64,000 bases of DNA from NCBI RefSeq assembly GCF_009914755.1, contig NC_060925.1. The stretch is one strand, 5' to 3'. Shown piece after piece: positions 1 through 14,529 of this stretch (positions are counted from its first letter, which is position 1; every line of letters starts with the position of its first letter). The notes beneath the pieces are model-generated. The model ran no database searches. It had not been told where the DNA came from and was given only the letters and a program-made list of their open reading frames with translations. Origin of the DNA: the human T2T-CHM13v2.0 reference genome, Homo sapiens. The translations under genes were made by a program, and so were the position numbers.

Positions 1-406
1 AACATGACATACAATTCTCATCACTAAAAAATAAATACTACTGCAATATAAACAAAATCATAAAAGGACATTCAAAGTTTCAACATCTGAGAAAAAGCTA
101 ATTCACGTAGAACTGAAAGTAAAAAATTAAATAAGGCAAACACCTGTTTACCTTGGTGTAGAAATTTTGGTGAAAAGCAGTATCATTATACCTGTCTACA
201 TTCTTCAGCCATCAGAGGTGATAAATGTCAAGAAGGAAAAAAGGTTTCCAAGCACAGGGGAAAGATGCTCTCTGGCTCAAATTGTTTCATAAGACCCTTT
301 AAGTGACCTTGACTGTGCATATGCCTTCAGTTCTTGGTAGAACAGTGTTCACTTGCTCATGATTGCCCGTGAAGTCTCGACATCCACATGTGATATGGGC
401 TTCTTC

Positions 407-414
407 TACAGTAT
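407..414 (-). promoter_or_regulatory. miR-144-3p 8mer / miR-101 7mer-A1 seed site
   Basis: mRNA ATACTGTA (plus strand tacagtat). Confidence 0.6.
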
Positions 415-810
415 CCACCAGGAATTTAAAAAAAAAAAATTATATATATATATATATATCCCAACAGTTGTTCAGTCCTTCTACCAAATGCTTCCTAATC
501 AATTCCAGCCACAGCTTAGTGATATATGCCTACTTCACGCACGGATCTGATGTGCTTTACATATGCACGCCACCACCCTTCCACAATTGCTTGTTCTGAA
601 TTTATAAACTAAATCTTCTTAGTCTAGTTAGTTTTTCTCTTCTAGAAAGTTAAAAAATGTACCTAGAATCAGTGTATCTCATTTAGCCTTCACTGAGGGA
701 AAAACTAAAAGATCAAAAGATGATAATTGGTGCACAAATGAACAATGGTGGGCTCATGACTTCCAAAGGTTGGAAAATTACTTCTTAAAGTTGCTATAAT
801 AGTAAGACAG

Positions 811-818
811 TAGCAGCA
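811..818 (-). promoter_or_regulatory. miR-15/16/195/424/497 8mer seed site
   Basis: mRNA TGCTGCTA (plus strand tagcagca). Confidence 0.7.
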
Positions 819-867
819 ACAGCATGAGACCTTAGACTGAGATACAATTTCATGCAAAAACAAAAAC

Positions 868-875
868 TGGAGTGT
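868..875 (-). promoter_or_regulatory. miR-122 8mer seed site
   Basis: mRNA ACACTCCA (plus strand tggagtgt). Confidence 0.65.
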
Positions 876-1052
876 ATTTGCGTGTATGTGTGTTTTCATG
901 AGGGTGAAAGGTGGCGAGGGGTGAGGACCCTTGGCTGGTCTGGGATGTCGGAAGGTGCCCCTGCTATGTGTAAGAGCTAGGACTGGTGATGTCCAGGAAT
1001 CATTTTCAGTAATAAATTGAAGATGACAGTGAAGTAGCAGAATGAAAGAGAC

Positions 1053-1138
1053 TTATTCTCGTCCACTTGCAGAGTAGGAAAATTGAGGGAAATGCGGCCG
1101 CCTCTCATTGTCCATGCAGTCCATACCATCCTCATCAT
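1053..1138 (-). CDS. AKT3: AKT3 last coding exon, aa 452-479 (hydrophobic motif S472) plus stop
   Basis: (Y)[27 protein letters not shown]. Acceptor CCCACAG, TAA at 1053-1055. S472 codon 1077-1079; R465 CGG at 1098-1100 (wild-type residue). Confidence 0.99.
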
Positions 1139-4100
1139 CTGTGGGCAGGAAACATCTATTTTAATTTTACACATTCATTTTTTGCAACATTATCTCTAGT
1201 CTATGTTTTTTAAACTCTGAACATAGGAAAGATGAACAGAGGCAATAGCTCCCATAAACTTGTGTTCATCAATAAGCTGTAGAGTAATTATACTTCAAAA
1301 ATCATCTGATTTTCATAAATACATAGTCTATGAAGAAATAATACTATAGAATCATCTCTAAGACATCAAAATTTCAAGACTCAATGAAACAGTGAAAAAA
1401 ATGGTATTGAAGAAAACAGAAGTTTTTAAGAAGGAGCAGTCTTCAGTAACCTTTCATTTCATGTAACCACATATATCAAAACTGCAAGTCAGTGAAATCC
1501 ACAGCATCCAAAGTCTGTATAGAATTCATCATCGAATGTCTTCAAGTGCTTATATTTTTTCTTTGTGATGCTTTAAGTGCAACTGCAAAATAAAGCTTCT
1601 TATGAAATTTCATTCAACATCTAGCATCTGGCTTAACTCACCTTTCCCAATTTCCCTATGATAAAACTTTAGCATGAAGGGACTAAGTGAAAGAAAAAGA
1701 GGGAAGGATGTCAACATCTGAGTCCTAGCTCATCAGGAAACAATGGAAGAGACTTGAAAGGCATCAAAACAGGCCGCTGACAATCACAGTGTTCCTCCTG
1801 TCAGCTTTCCTGGTTTCCTGTATTTCAAAGATCACAGATGATCAGCACCCTGTTCTCATAAATGTCCTGTGATGACAGTCCTGTGCTGTTGGAAGCTCTT
1901 CCTGGTATGTGGCCACGTGGTCAGCCACTCAGTCAACATGCGCTCCCACGCATCTGCTCTGGGCTGAGCACCCGTCAGGCCCAAGGACCGCAGAACTTTG
2001 AACAAAGTCCCAAGGGCCCCCTGGCCTCACAGTCTCCTGGGGGAGGTGCTCCATTTTAAATCCCCCGTGCTTGCCTCTAAGCTTGTTTAATCATATGCTG
2101 TCCTGCAATGGAAATCAGTGAATCTTTCCAATACTCAACCCTTTTCTCTTCAAGCAAAATAATTCGATGTCCTCAAACCCATATAGGAAGTACATTACCA
2201 ATTTTTTTGAATATTCTAACCTCTCCAGGGAGCATCCGCTGGATGTGGGTGTAAACAAAGAAAGCATACAGGCCAGATCCCACTGCACTGAGGCTCTGAC
2301 TCTGTCACTCCGAAGAGGAGGGGGCTCTGCCTTTGTCTGAAGAATAAACACTTCCATTCTTGTATCACTGTTTTTCTTTTCTGTATCCCACTCTTAATGC
2401 AGAAGATTCTAGAAATGGGATCAAGCTGGCATTAGCCAAAATTTCTGACCCCTAATGTACCAGAAGATATCCTCGTATTAGGTGAGAACTGATCCATCAA
2501 GAAGCATTTGTGGCTCCCTGCTCTGTGTAAGACACTGAACTCGGAGGCCCTCTCTTCTTCTGCAAATAGACCACTGTAACTGCAGTCAGCATTTCTAGAA
2601 GGTATTGAGATTTGGGGAAATCTCTACCTCCTTATAAAGTTATTGGTTCCAATATTTGTACCAAGCAAGTCACACACATCTTTTAGATCAAATACCTTCA
2701 GCAGTATTTTTAGCTACAGTAAAAACGGAAGGAGCTGGGAATGATGGTGTACCCGTGGTTGAGCCCCAGAGTATAAAAACTCTCTAGAGAATACGGGCAG
2801 CTAAAACCTTAATGTTCAGATTCTGACATGAGCCAATCACATTTCAAATAAACAATTTTCCTCACCAACAGCTTTATTTTACTCAGTGTTTCTGCACAGC
2901 AAACCTGCAGCTGGCTCTGGACAGCAGTGGGGAGCCTGGTGCTTGTCCTGCTCAGCCAGGAAGGGCAGGAGCTGCCTGGACTCCTGGGGCCATGGCCAGG
3001 ACTCATTCCAGCCCGGCGAGGTTCAGCACCCAGGTTAGCCAGATGCTCAACAGGGGCAGGTGCTAGACACCCTTTTGGAAGAGGAGGGACTCTTGCTGGT
3101 GTCAGCTAAGAATTGAGAGACAGCCTTCATTCTGTCACTTCAGTAACACATTCATCACAATTCTGAATCTAGGAAATTTCACAGATATCCCTGAGGGCCC
3201 CAATCCTTGATATTCTTTAAAGCCAATGATCTCCCTCCATCATTCCTGCCCCTTTCTGTTGTCAGGCTTGGAAACAATGAGGCGTGAACATCTGATCATG
3301 GCCCTAAAAGAGCTGAGAGCCTGGGCAGGGGCTGCGGTGGGAGGGGAGCTGGAGGAAGTGGCAGCTGACTCTGAGTCGGAGCCTGTCAATGTACACAAGT
3401 TAGTTCCTGCTGTGAGAGGCTGTGCATAGGGAATAGTGATGATAATGAACATGAACTATGTTTTTCAAAAACACTTATCTGGAAAAAGAAGACAATGATC
3501 AACTCTACTTGCTACATCCCTTGAATCCCTGCATCCAAGGAACATCAGTTGCCTGATTTTCTTAGAACATTTAACAAATGGCATTATATGGCAGTAAAAG
3601 CGACCAGATCTCAAAGAAACCCTCTTTTTCTGTAAGAGGAAGGAGGAGGACCATCAATGGCGATAACGAAAGATGACACATTCCCAAATCTGTTCCATTA
3701 TTAACGCCAGTGAGGACAATCTGGCATGTCACTGCAGCTGTTTGTAGAAAATGGAACATTTTGCCTTTCTAACTGCTGATTTGTTCTAAACAATAACTGT
3801 ATTCTGTTTTATACAAGCAAGGTGGCAAGTGGGAAGACAATTGCTAACGAATGGTACTACCCTGGACTTTTATCAACAAAACCTCTGTGTGTTAGCACTT
3901 AGGGAGCTGCAACGGTTTCTTACCAGTTAAACTATTCAAAGCTGCAAGAAAAAGGTTATGTTGAATGTAATCACCGTTCAAGGTTTCAGTGATTCTCATT
4001 TTATCTGCTCCTTAAGGGAATCTAGGATGTATCCAGGAACTGTCAAACTAAAAATACTGCCCCGTTGCCCTAGAAGAACCCAGAAGCTGCAGTTAACCAC

Positions 4101-4441
4101 CATCAAGGCTGCTCCCCTAAGACAGGAAGCCCAGGGCCCCATGGCCCCCAGTGCTGAGCGCTGCGCTCTGCTGAGCCACACAGACAGCAGGAGAGGCTGC
4201 TGAACAGAGGTGCCTGCAGATGCGTCGATGCTAGTCTTTGCCTGGGCATACTCTGCTGAGCTCTTCCGTCTGACTTTCCTTGCTACAGAGGTCCTGAATA
4301 GGGAAAAACACAGCAAGTCCATAGCGCCCTCCCCACCCCTCAATTGCGGTGTGCCCTGTCAGAAACAGATGACATTGCTGGGCTCTCGTTTCCGTACTGT
4401 CCAGGGCCCAGGAGCAGGGCAGGACCACACCCCATTTCTGA

Positions 4442-4767
<326 letters not shown>

Positions 4768-6054
4768 AAAAGCCAGACTTTTGTGGTCCTACAATTGCAG
4801 GTGGATTTTGATAACCATCTTGAAAGTTACTACAATGTACAGGCTTCCTAGGTATCTCTGTCTCAATCTAGAAGTGAACCTATTATCATTTAAAGACACC
4901 AAGGTTGTAGGGCTTTTACAGCATGATCCATGTCTGAAATGACACATGTTATTTAAGAACAGAGGTGCTGTCAGTGGTAAAATATGACATGCCAGGAAAA
5001 ACATTCTTGATGGCTTTTATATTGCTGATTAATGAAGCCAAGGAACTAGGTTCAAATTATGTTCTAGAAACTGTGCTGGGGGACTTCTAACACCTTCTAA
5101 CATTTCAGTCTCATTTTAGAAGTCCTAGAGATTGAGCAATAAAATGCACACTAATGACAAATTCTCATCAGGACAAGTGCCCCGCGGGTGTCGAGTAAGG
5201 AATAAAGCAGGTAAGATGAATTTCGAAGAGATTCTGGTCCTTGAAAGCTAGGGCTTTGAAATTCAAGTCAATCATGAAAAAATGACTGACTAGCCTAAGA
5301 GTCATATACAACAGTTTCTAATTGACCTTATTTGTACCCAAATCCATTTTGATTTGCTCTGGTCTTTCTAGTCTCACATTTCTGAGCATCGCATTAGTCA
5401 GCCCTGTCCGCCGGCCCTCCACTACACCACCCCTGCAGCCAGGTGCTTGCTGCGTTGGGCCTATCATCCCCCTAAATGGACTGGCCCACAGCATACAGTA
5501 ACACTATGGACTAGCCAATCTGGTGCTTGAGCAGAATTGAAAATAGGGTGATTCAAATTGGCAGAACTCTCGGTGCCTCTCCTAAAGAGACGGCTTCTCA
5601 GGCACACGGGAGGACAAAAACGCCACTGAGAGACTATCAGCCCTGCTCCCTGCTTTTCCAGGGGACAAAGTGACCGGCCATCGCCCAGAACTGTAAGGGG
5701 CACAGGCAGGACACAAGGCAGGTTCCCCAGGTCTGAGTCCTGGGCTTTTTCAGCCTCACTCCATGTCCCAAATTGGGATTTCACTTTTAGCTTTCTTAAG
5801 TAAAATATCTACTCCTGGCTTGACATTTTAGAGCCTTCTTATTTCTATGACTTCCAAAATAACATATTTACTTGCTCTAAAGGTACGCAAATGCCAAATG
5901 CTCTATTTAAGAATGGAAACTTTCTCAGAGGCTGAGACTGAGGAAAGAGACCTGTCAAGACCTTCCTATCCCAATATCTGCTTTGGATATTCAGAGGGGA
6001 GGCAAGCCTGGGTGTCCTCCCGGCTCTGAAGTTCCTAGGCCCTCACCATATTCT

Positions 6055-6625
6055 GTGTATTCATGCACCTAACAAGTATTATTGAATACGCACACTGTGC
6101 CAGGCATCTAACTAGGAGCTTGGGCTAATAACGAATGAGACAAACTAGATCCTTCCTCTCCAACCCACTGCATGTTAGTGGCGGAAATAGACACTAACCA
6201 AACAAACAGAAAAATACCAGCAAGTCAAGGTGCCAATGCAGAGAATGAAGAGAGAGAGGGAATGTTGTCAGACTGATGCTCTTCAGACTAGGAGGTCAAA
6301 GAAGGTTCTCTGATGGAATGACATGTAAGCTTAGAGCTGAAGGACAAGAAGGAGCCATCCAAGTAAGATCAGGGAAGAAGAGCATTCCAGGCCTGGACAC
6401 CATAAATACTGTCCCCAGAGCCCGAGGCATGGTGACGTGTGGCATGTTCGAGGTGTGGCTGGAACCCAGGGACAGTGGGGGAAGATGGAACAGGAAGAGG
6501 TCAGAGAGGTGGACAGGGCCCAGATCAGTCAGTGCTGTGCAAACCAGTGTGAGCAAGTTTGGATTTAGAGTGCAATGGGATGGCACCGGAAGGTTTTAAG
6601 CAGAGGAATGATGTGGTCTGATTAC
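6055..6625 (-). mobile_element. L2 fragment
   Basis: Resembles the L2 3' end (tattgaa...cactgtgccaggca; ggaaggttttaagcagaggaatgatg). Ends approximate. Confidence 0.6.
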
Positions 6626-8119
6626 AGTTAGGATTATATCCAAATGAAAGGGCCTAGCAAAGGCTGTATGGCAGGAACTGCCCATGGGCCGATCCGAAAA
6701 CTCACTGGTGTTACCCAGCATTTTGGACAATTCTAATGCCACAGTCTATGCTGGGGACAGAGGCCAAGGCCTATGCCCATGATTTCTACTCAGCGCTGAG
6801 CTACTTGCCCATGACTCCACAGGCTTTCCAACATTGTCTGTGACTCTTAGTGATTCTAAAATTCTAGCAATGGCACAAGATTGAGTGGAAACTCTGCCTC
6901 ACCACAGGACTGACCATGAGTAGCTCACTTCAATGGATTGGTATTTCACAACTTAGCCTGGACATCGGTCAAGTTGGTAAGCCCTGCTTCTGGCTATGGC
7001 TGACCCAACTTCAGGACCTGGAGCACCTTAACTTTTTGTGAATCTAAAGAAAGAAAAGCACACACACGTCATCATATCTTCACTTTCAGGGTGTTCACAA
7101 TCCCCTTGTGGCCAGACCATGGTCCCAAGATTAAGACCTCTTGGCCCACATGACCCCTTGTTTGCCTCTCGACAGTAGAATCTGCTGCCTGTGACCATCT
7201 CTGGCACAGCATTAGCCTCCAATCGCCCCTCTCCCGGACACTGAGTCCACATCAGCACTATGGATAAATCTGCCTCCAAAAAAGGAATGAGAGGAGAAGA
7301 CATATAGGGAAGGAATCAAAAAGAAAAGGAAAGAAAAACTATGATGTGAACCCAAAGATGTGTAACTTGAAGCATTCTTGCAGCCATCCAAATATTGCCC
7401 TGAAACGCAATCTTATCCACATTCTTAAGTTAATGATGATACACACAGACCTCTGTCAGCATGAAAATGTTTATCAATTATGTCTGATCACCTTTTCCCT
7501 CATTACAGCTCCACTTATTTATGGTATTTCTCCAAGTGTGAGACATACTAATGTATATGAATTGACTTGAAGTGGTACATGAACACACAGTTTTCATAAA
7601 TATGTAATTTATAGGTATCCAAAAGTATTAGCAAACTAAATTATGTCTTCACAGATAATACTATTTAAGAGAGAGCTAAGTAAAAAGGAGTGACTCTACA
7701 TGAATTTTAAAACTATTAAGTAAGTAGGAGACCAAAACTGGCAAAATTCTGAAGGTTATGTGGGAATGAACGAAGTCTAGGAAAGAGGGGAGTCTCTATT
7801 TCACAATCCTTTCAGTTGGTGTCAAAACAATCTATTGGTGAACAGTAAGGAAGAGCTAGTCTGTAATTTCATCTACAATTTCTCTCTATATAATTTGTCC
7901 TACCCAGAAAAGCATTTCTTGCAGTCTTTTGATATTACCACTGGGAACTCAATATTCTTAAATTCAATTCAATATTCAATATTCTTAAATAGAATGGAGT
8001 AAGTCACTGTGGAATTTGATCTTGAAAATATCAGATGAGTTTTTAAAAGACTGTTTTCTTCAATTACATTAGGAGAAATTATATTAGAAATTTATCAATT
8101 GCCTTCTAAATTTACTTAC

Positions 8120-8222
8120 ATTTTTCAGGTGGTGTTATTGTAATAGTCTGAGCTGTAAATTCTTCATCAAAATATCTAGTATCTGTCTCAGATGTTACTT
8201 GAGGTTTAAAAGGAGGTACAAG
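8120..8222 (-). CDS. AKT3: AKT3 penultimate coding exon, aa 418-452 (AGC tail, turn motif T447)
   Basis: [34 protein letters not shown]. Acceptor TTTTTACAG|CTT, donor T|GTAAGT. 103 nt. Confidence 0.99.
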
Positions 8223-10474
8223 CTGTAAAAAGAAAGAAAAAGAGTTTTATTAACTGATTTCAATTCAGGAAAATTCCTTTCTAGGAAAAAAGCAGAGAGC
8301 ACGTAGTTAAATGAACAGAACAAAAGTCTACAATGCTGAGTCGCTGGGTAAGGGAGACATGATATTTGGCTTCCCAGTCAACAGTCTAAACCAACCGGTG
8401 GGTAATTGGTGGTTCTGTATAAAATCTAATGGATCACGAAAAACAACAAAAGAAAACCATTGAATAGGACGGGAGAGGGATATTGAAAAATCTGTGCTGG
8501 TTTTTTTCCCCAATAACAAACATACATGCAAAACCATATTGATGGGGAGCAGTGTGCCAGGATGTGGGCTCTTCCTCGGGCAACCTCTTTCTAGTGCTAG
8601 CTGAAGAGGGTAGTAATAAAAATACAACTTAATAATACAGCTATCACCAGGTTACAGATGAGAGTGCTGCCTTTGCCCTTCGTAAAGAACTACAACTTTG
8701 TACTTTGCTAAGAATTTGCTGATAAGAGATGGGCATTGATGCCTGCCCTGCTCTGGAAAAGGGTTTCCTGGTAGCCCCTGACGTTACATGCAAAATCTTG
8801 CCCACAGCTTTCATCAGATCCTCAAAGGGGACCACAGCCCAGAAGAGATTAAGAGTAGCTCCCCTGAGATTGACAGGGCAGGAATCATCTCATTCGCACT
8901 GCACCTGCGGCAGGCATGGCGTTAGGGAAGGTGGGGGTGGAAGGAAAGTCTCGGGCTACTGGAGGTTTCAGGAGCCGGAGCCCTGTGAACCTCCACTGGT
9001 TGGGAGGGAGAAGGAGCTAACACGAGGCTCCTGCTTCTCAGGGCTCTAGCCTTGAGGGACAGGTGGAACCCACAGGTTCCTTCTAGCACAGGATGCCCAG
9101 TCCCAGAGCATTAGGGTCAGAGTGCGTGCTCTGCAGAGTATCATTCAGAACAGGGGATGCTGCTTTAGAATACAGTTCTCACGGGGATAGGAACATGGCA
9201 AACAGAATGACAGAAATCAGCATGTTTTATAAAAATTTTACAAAAACAAATACACAATTGGCTTGAGATCAGTGCATTTTCCCACTCTTTCTGTCACCAA
9301 ATGTATGTTAAATAATAAGGAAAATCTTTAAATTATTCTCTAGACAGAACTATATTTTTAAGAATCGTGGGATGAGCAGAATTAAAAGCAGGTTTTCAAA
9401 ATAAGGGACATTTCAGTTTATGGTACATGCTACAAAGCATTCTTAATCTCTTCTTTTTATAATTCTTTCTGTTTACCCCCAGCACACAGCTATTCTAAGG
9501 TCTTCATGATTAGCAAGCACTCCTTTGGGGATGAACCAACTCTACGTTCCACTGATCAGCTGGTAATGGCGACTAATCCCTAAACTGAAACAAACTCCTC
9601 CACCAGTGGCAAGGAGAAGCCTGCCATTGTGCCAGACCATATTTCTTTCTAGCTGCCCTGCTGGATCCCCTGGACATGAGCAAGCAGGTCACTCCACTGC
9701 TAGAAACCCTCCCTCTGACTCTCAGGCTAAATTCTCCACACCAGCCTCACATATCACATGCACACGCACAGGGAACCCCAGAGGTGACAGAGGCTGGAAC
9801 AATTTTGTTTTTTTTATTTTTTTTAGAAAACCAAGGGGGTAATTGCCCCTATCTGGCAGAAAACGGGAAGACTGGAATTCTGGTTGGGTTTTTCTGATTT
9901 ACTATTCTACAGATGTTCACAAAATAGGTCTTTATCTTTCCAATCAGAAGTTAACCACAAGAAATTCCTGTGGCTGGAATCGGCTTCTCTTGGGCACTAG
10001 GAGTAGGTTTGCTCACCTCTGCCCCATCCTTTTCATCTGGTTCTTTGTGATGTCAAAAATTTAAATTTGCCTTCAAGTTAGGGGAAACTTGTCCTTTTAG
10101 ATGAGAGAATGATGACCTGTAACTTTAACAAACTGAAACCTATCTTAACACAGTTTTCAAAAGATTATAGGGGAGCTTAAAATAGTCTCTGTTTCAAATG
10201 CCACGTGTACTGAGGACTTTCCTGACCGCCTTCTTACATTAAACAGCTATCCTCCCCCTCACTTTCTATCTTCACATTGCTTTTTCTTCAAGACTTTGCG
10301 ACATCTGATACACAGGCACGTATACATGCACACATATGATATACATGTATTTGTTACTGTCAATGTTCATCACCAATAAAATATAAGTTCCACGAGGGCA
10401 AGGACTTTAAAAAAAAGTTTATTGATGCGTAATTAACATACACTAAACAGCACACATTAAGAATATACAACTTG

Positions 10475-10642
10475 GGCTGGGTGTGGCAGCGGGCGCCTGT
10501 AGTCCCAGCTACTTGGGAGGCTGACGTGGAAGGATCACTTCAGCCCAGAAGGCAGAGGTTGCTGTGAGCCAAGATTATGCTATTGCATTCCAACCCGGCC
10601 GGGGCGAACGAGTAAAACCCTCTCAAAAAAACAAACAAAAAA
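10475..10642 (+). mobile_element. Alu monomer (FRAM/right-arm-like)
   Basis: gcctgtagtcccagctacttgggagg...gaggttgctgtgagcc plus A-rich tail. Confidence 0.8.
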
Positions 10643-11504
10643 CATGCAACTGATACGTTTTGACATATGTATATACCCATGAAACTGTCACCAAAATCAA
10701 GATGATGAAAACATCTACCACTTCAAATGTCTTCTTGTGCCCATGTGTACTTCCATCCTCCCATCCCCTGCAGGCCATGACTGACATACTTTCTGCCATG
10801 ACTGATTTGCTTGTATTTTAAAGAATTTTATGCAAATGGATCATAGAGTATGTACTCTTTATCTGGCTTGTTCATTTAGCATGATTACTTTGATATTCAT
10901 CCATGTCACCACATGTATCAATAGTTTACTCACTTTGCTGGGTAATATTTCAGTACATAGATGTATCACAATGGACACACTCATCTGTCAATGAACACAG
11001 GGCCTGCTCCCAGTTTGGGGCAATTACAAACAAAATTGCTATTAACTTTTATGTCCACGTCTTTGTGTAGACATATGATTTAATTTATTTAGGACAAATA
11101 CTAAGGAGTGGAATGGCTGGGCCGTATGGTAGGTATACATTTGACTTTTCCAGAAACTGTCAAATTGTTTTCCTTTACCATGTTAAAAAAAAAAAAAACC
11201 CAATTCCTAATTCACTCAGAGCGTTTCATTTTTTGTTTAAATAAGTTTTAAAAAGGATGGATTTTTCTTAGTTTTTTCTTTGCATCATTTGATATAATCA
11301 TTTCCTTCGTACTCTGTTAATAGGTGAACTATAGTGATTGGTTTTGAATGTTAAATCAATCTTATATTCCTAGAACAGACCACACTGGTAGTGATTCTTT
11401 GTATCTATTGTTAGATTTGATTTGCTAAAATTAAATTAAACATTTTAGCATATATATTCATTAAGAATATTGGTCTATAGCATTCTTTTAAAAATCTCTT
11501 TGCG

Positions 11505-11787
11505 GGCCAGGTGTGGTGGCTCATGCCTGTAATCCCAGCACTTTGGGAGGCCGAGGCAGGCAGATCACCAGGTCAGGAGATCAAGACCATCCTGGCTAAC
11601 ATGGGAAACCCCCGTCTCTACTAAAAATACCAAAAATTAGCCGGCTGTGGTGGCAGGTGCCTGTAGTCCCAGCTACTCGGGAGAATGGCATGAACCCGGG
11701 AGGCGGAGCTTGCCATGAGCTGAGATCGCGTCACTGCACTCCAGCCTGGGCGACGGAGCAAGACTCCATCTCAAAAAAAAAAAAAAA
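11505..11787 (+). mobile_element. AluY/Sc-like element with right-arm deletion
   Basis: aggagatcaagaccatcctggctaac diagnostic, A tail, TSD-like AAAAATCTCTT. Confidence 0.92.
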
Positions 11788-12344
11788 TCTCTTGCATATT
11801 GATATCAAGTTAATACCTGCCTCACAGAATGAACTGAGAAATGTTCTCTCATCTTCAATTTTCTGGAATAATTTGTATAGAACTGATAATATTCCTTAAA
11901 TGTTTGGTAGACTTCGTTGGTGAAAATATGTGGGTCTGGTGTCTTTGTCAGAAGGATCTTAACCACAACTATAATTTCTTTAGCAGGTACAAGGCTATTC
12001 ATGACATCTATTTCTTCTTGGTAATTTGTATCTTTCAACATATGTGTCCATTTCAGCTAAATAGTTGAATTTATTGGCATAAAGTTATACATAATGCTTC
12101 CATATTATCCACTTAATACCAATAGAATCTGTAGCAGTGTCAACATTTATTATTTGTCTTCTCACTTTTCTTTTCAGTCAGGTGAGAAATACATCAATTT
12201 TAATGATCTTCTCAAAAGCCCAGTTTTCCTTTCATCAATTTTCTCTATGATTTTTTGTTTTCTATTTCATTGATTGCTATCCCAATCTTTATTTCCTTTG
12301 TTCTGCTTACACTGTGTTTAACTTGTTCTTATTTTTCTAATTCC

Positions 12345-12683
12345 TTTTTCTTTTTCTTGTTTTTTAGAGACAAAATCTGGCTCTGTCACCCAGGCTAGAG
12401 TGCAGGGATGTGATCATAGTTCACTGAAGCCTCAAAACTCCTGGCCTCGAGCAATCCTCCTGCCTCAGCCTCCTGAAGCAATCCTCCTGCCTCAGCCTCC
12501 TTGAGCAATCCTCCTGCCTCAGCCTCCTGAGCAGCTATGACCACAGGTGCACACCAGTATGCCCAGCTAATATTTTGTTATTTAGAGATGGGATCTCACT
12601 ATGTTGTGCAGACTAGTCTCGAACTCCTCTACCTTGGCCTTCAAAAGTACTGAGATTATAGTTGTGAGCTACTGTGCCCAGTC
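12345..12683 (-). mobile_element. AluJ with internal 27-bp triplication
   Basis: Antisense Alu; three copies of agcaatcctcctgcctcagcctcct at 12450-12530. Confidence 0.9.
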
Positions 12684-14148
12684 CTAGTTTCTTAAGATAG
12701 AAGCTAAGGTCATTAATTTTACACTTTTCTTCTTTTCTAATGTTTAAAAATATCTTTTAGTACTATAAATTGTATTTAGTACTATAAATTTAAGTATTGC
12801 TTTAGCTGTATATCACAGCTAAACACATTGTGTTTTCGTTTTCAGTCCATTCAAAATACTTTCTCATTTCCCTTTGATTTCTTCTTTGATCCATGGATTA
12901 ATATTTAGTTTCCAAGAACTTGGGGATTTTCCATAGATCTGTGTTTTTTTAATTTCATTTCCTTCAAAGAGAAAATGTTTTACAGTACTTAAATCCTTTA
13001 AAATTCATGGAGTTGTTTTGCTCAACATATGGTACACTGTGATAAATGATCTGTGACCTTGAGAAAAATAAGTGTTCTTATGCTGTTGGGTAGCGTGTTC
13101 CATAAATGTCAGTTAGATCAAGCTGACTGATAGTATTGCCCAAGTTGCTATATAACCTTACCAATTTCTCTCCAATTGCTGTATCAATTATTTGAAGATG
13201 GATATTGAACTGTCCAATAGTAACTGTAAATGTGTCTATTTTTCCTTATATTAGTTTTTGCTTCAAATATTTTGTTTTGTTATTAGATGCATAACTAAGA
13301 CGGTTAATACTTCTTGATGAAATGACTCCCTTAATTATTATGAAATGTTCCTCCTTATCTCCAGCAATATTACTTGCTTTGAAATCTACTTCATATGATT
13401 TAATATAGCACTCTAGTTTTCTTCTGATTAGGTTGAGCATAGTATATAATTTTCTGTTCTATTAATTTTAATCTACTTATATCTTACATTTAAAGTTGGT
13501 TTCTTATAAGCAGCATATAGGTAGTTCTTGCTTTTTACCAAGTCTAATCTCTGTCTTTCAATTGTGGTGTTTAGAACATTTACATTTAATGTGATTATTG
13601 ATACGAGTAAGATTAAATTTACCATCTTGCTATTTGTTTCCCACTTGTCTCCTCTGGAACTTTGTGTTGCACTAATGTGATATTCCCAACTCCTAAAACA
13701 GTCCTTGCCACATAGTAGCATTCAACAATATTTGCGGAATAAATGAATCAATCATTCAGTCTTGCAGCTGAGTAAGACGTCAGTGAGCATGTAGTGTACC
13801 TTTTTAGAGATCAGGAAATTAAAGCTGACACTGGTTAAATGGCTTGCCAAAAATTATACGAATAAGAACTGGAGCGGCAAAAACCTAGGTTTCTTGATCT
13901 CAAGGTCTTTTTACTGTAGCATTTACAATGTGAAGGCTTTGAATGAAAACTACTTTTGCTTTTGATTGTTTCTCTATACATTAGTCAAGATATTCATTCT
14001 AGGAAGCATTATTCCCCCTTCCACTTCCCCTGTCCCTGAAGGTGAAGACAACTCAGTGGAATATAAACATTTGTAGGGAAGCAAAGACCCTACATTATGT
14101 ATATGGGGAACATTGTCGGGTAGGGCTTGTAAAAAATTGCCTCAGTAT

Positions 14149-14435
<287 letters not shown>

Positions 14436-14529
14436 TGCCACAGTACTTGAACAGAAGCAGTCCCACAAAAATCATCAGAATGCCCCAACTTCAGATTTCA
14501 TTACAAATTTCTAGAATATATAATATTCT

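Larger units (their letters stand above)
1..1052 (-). other. AKT3: AKT3 proximal 3' UTR (continues beyond window)
   Basis: Directly follows the stop codon, repeat-free, no minus-strand AATAAA seen in this segment. Confidence 0.9.
10410..13650 (-). mobile_element. Old L1M (L1MB/ME-like) fragments interrupted by three Alus
   Basis: Antisense L1 3' UTR/ORF2-like sequence. ORF track 11805..12041, 13246..13440 and 13473..13721 give degenerate ORF2p peptides (e.g. SIITLNVNVLN). Confidence 0.75.
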
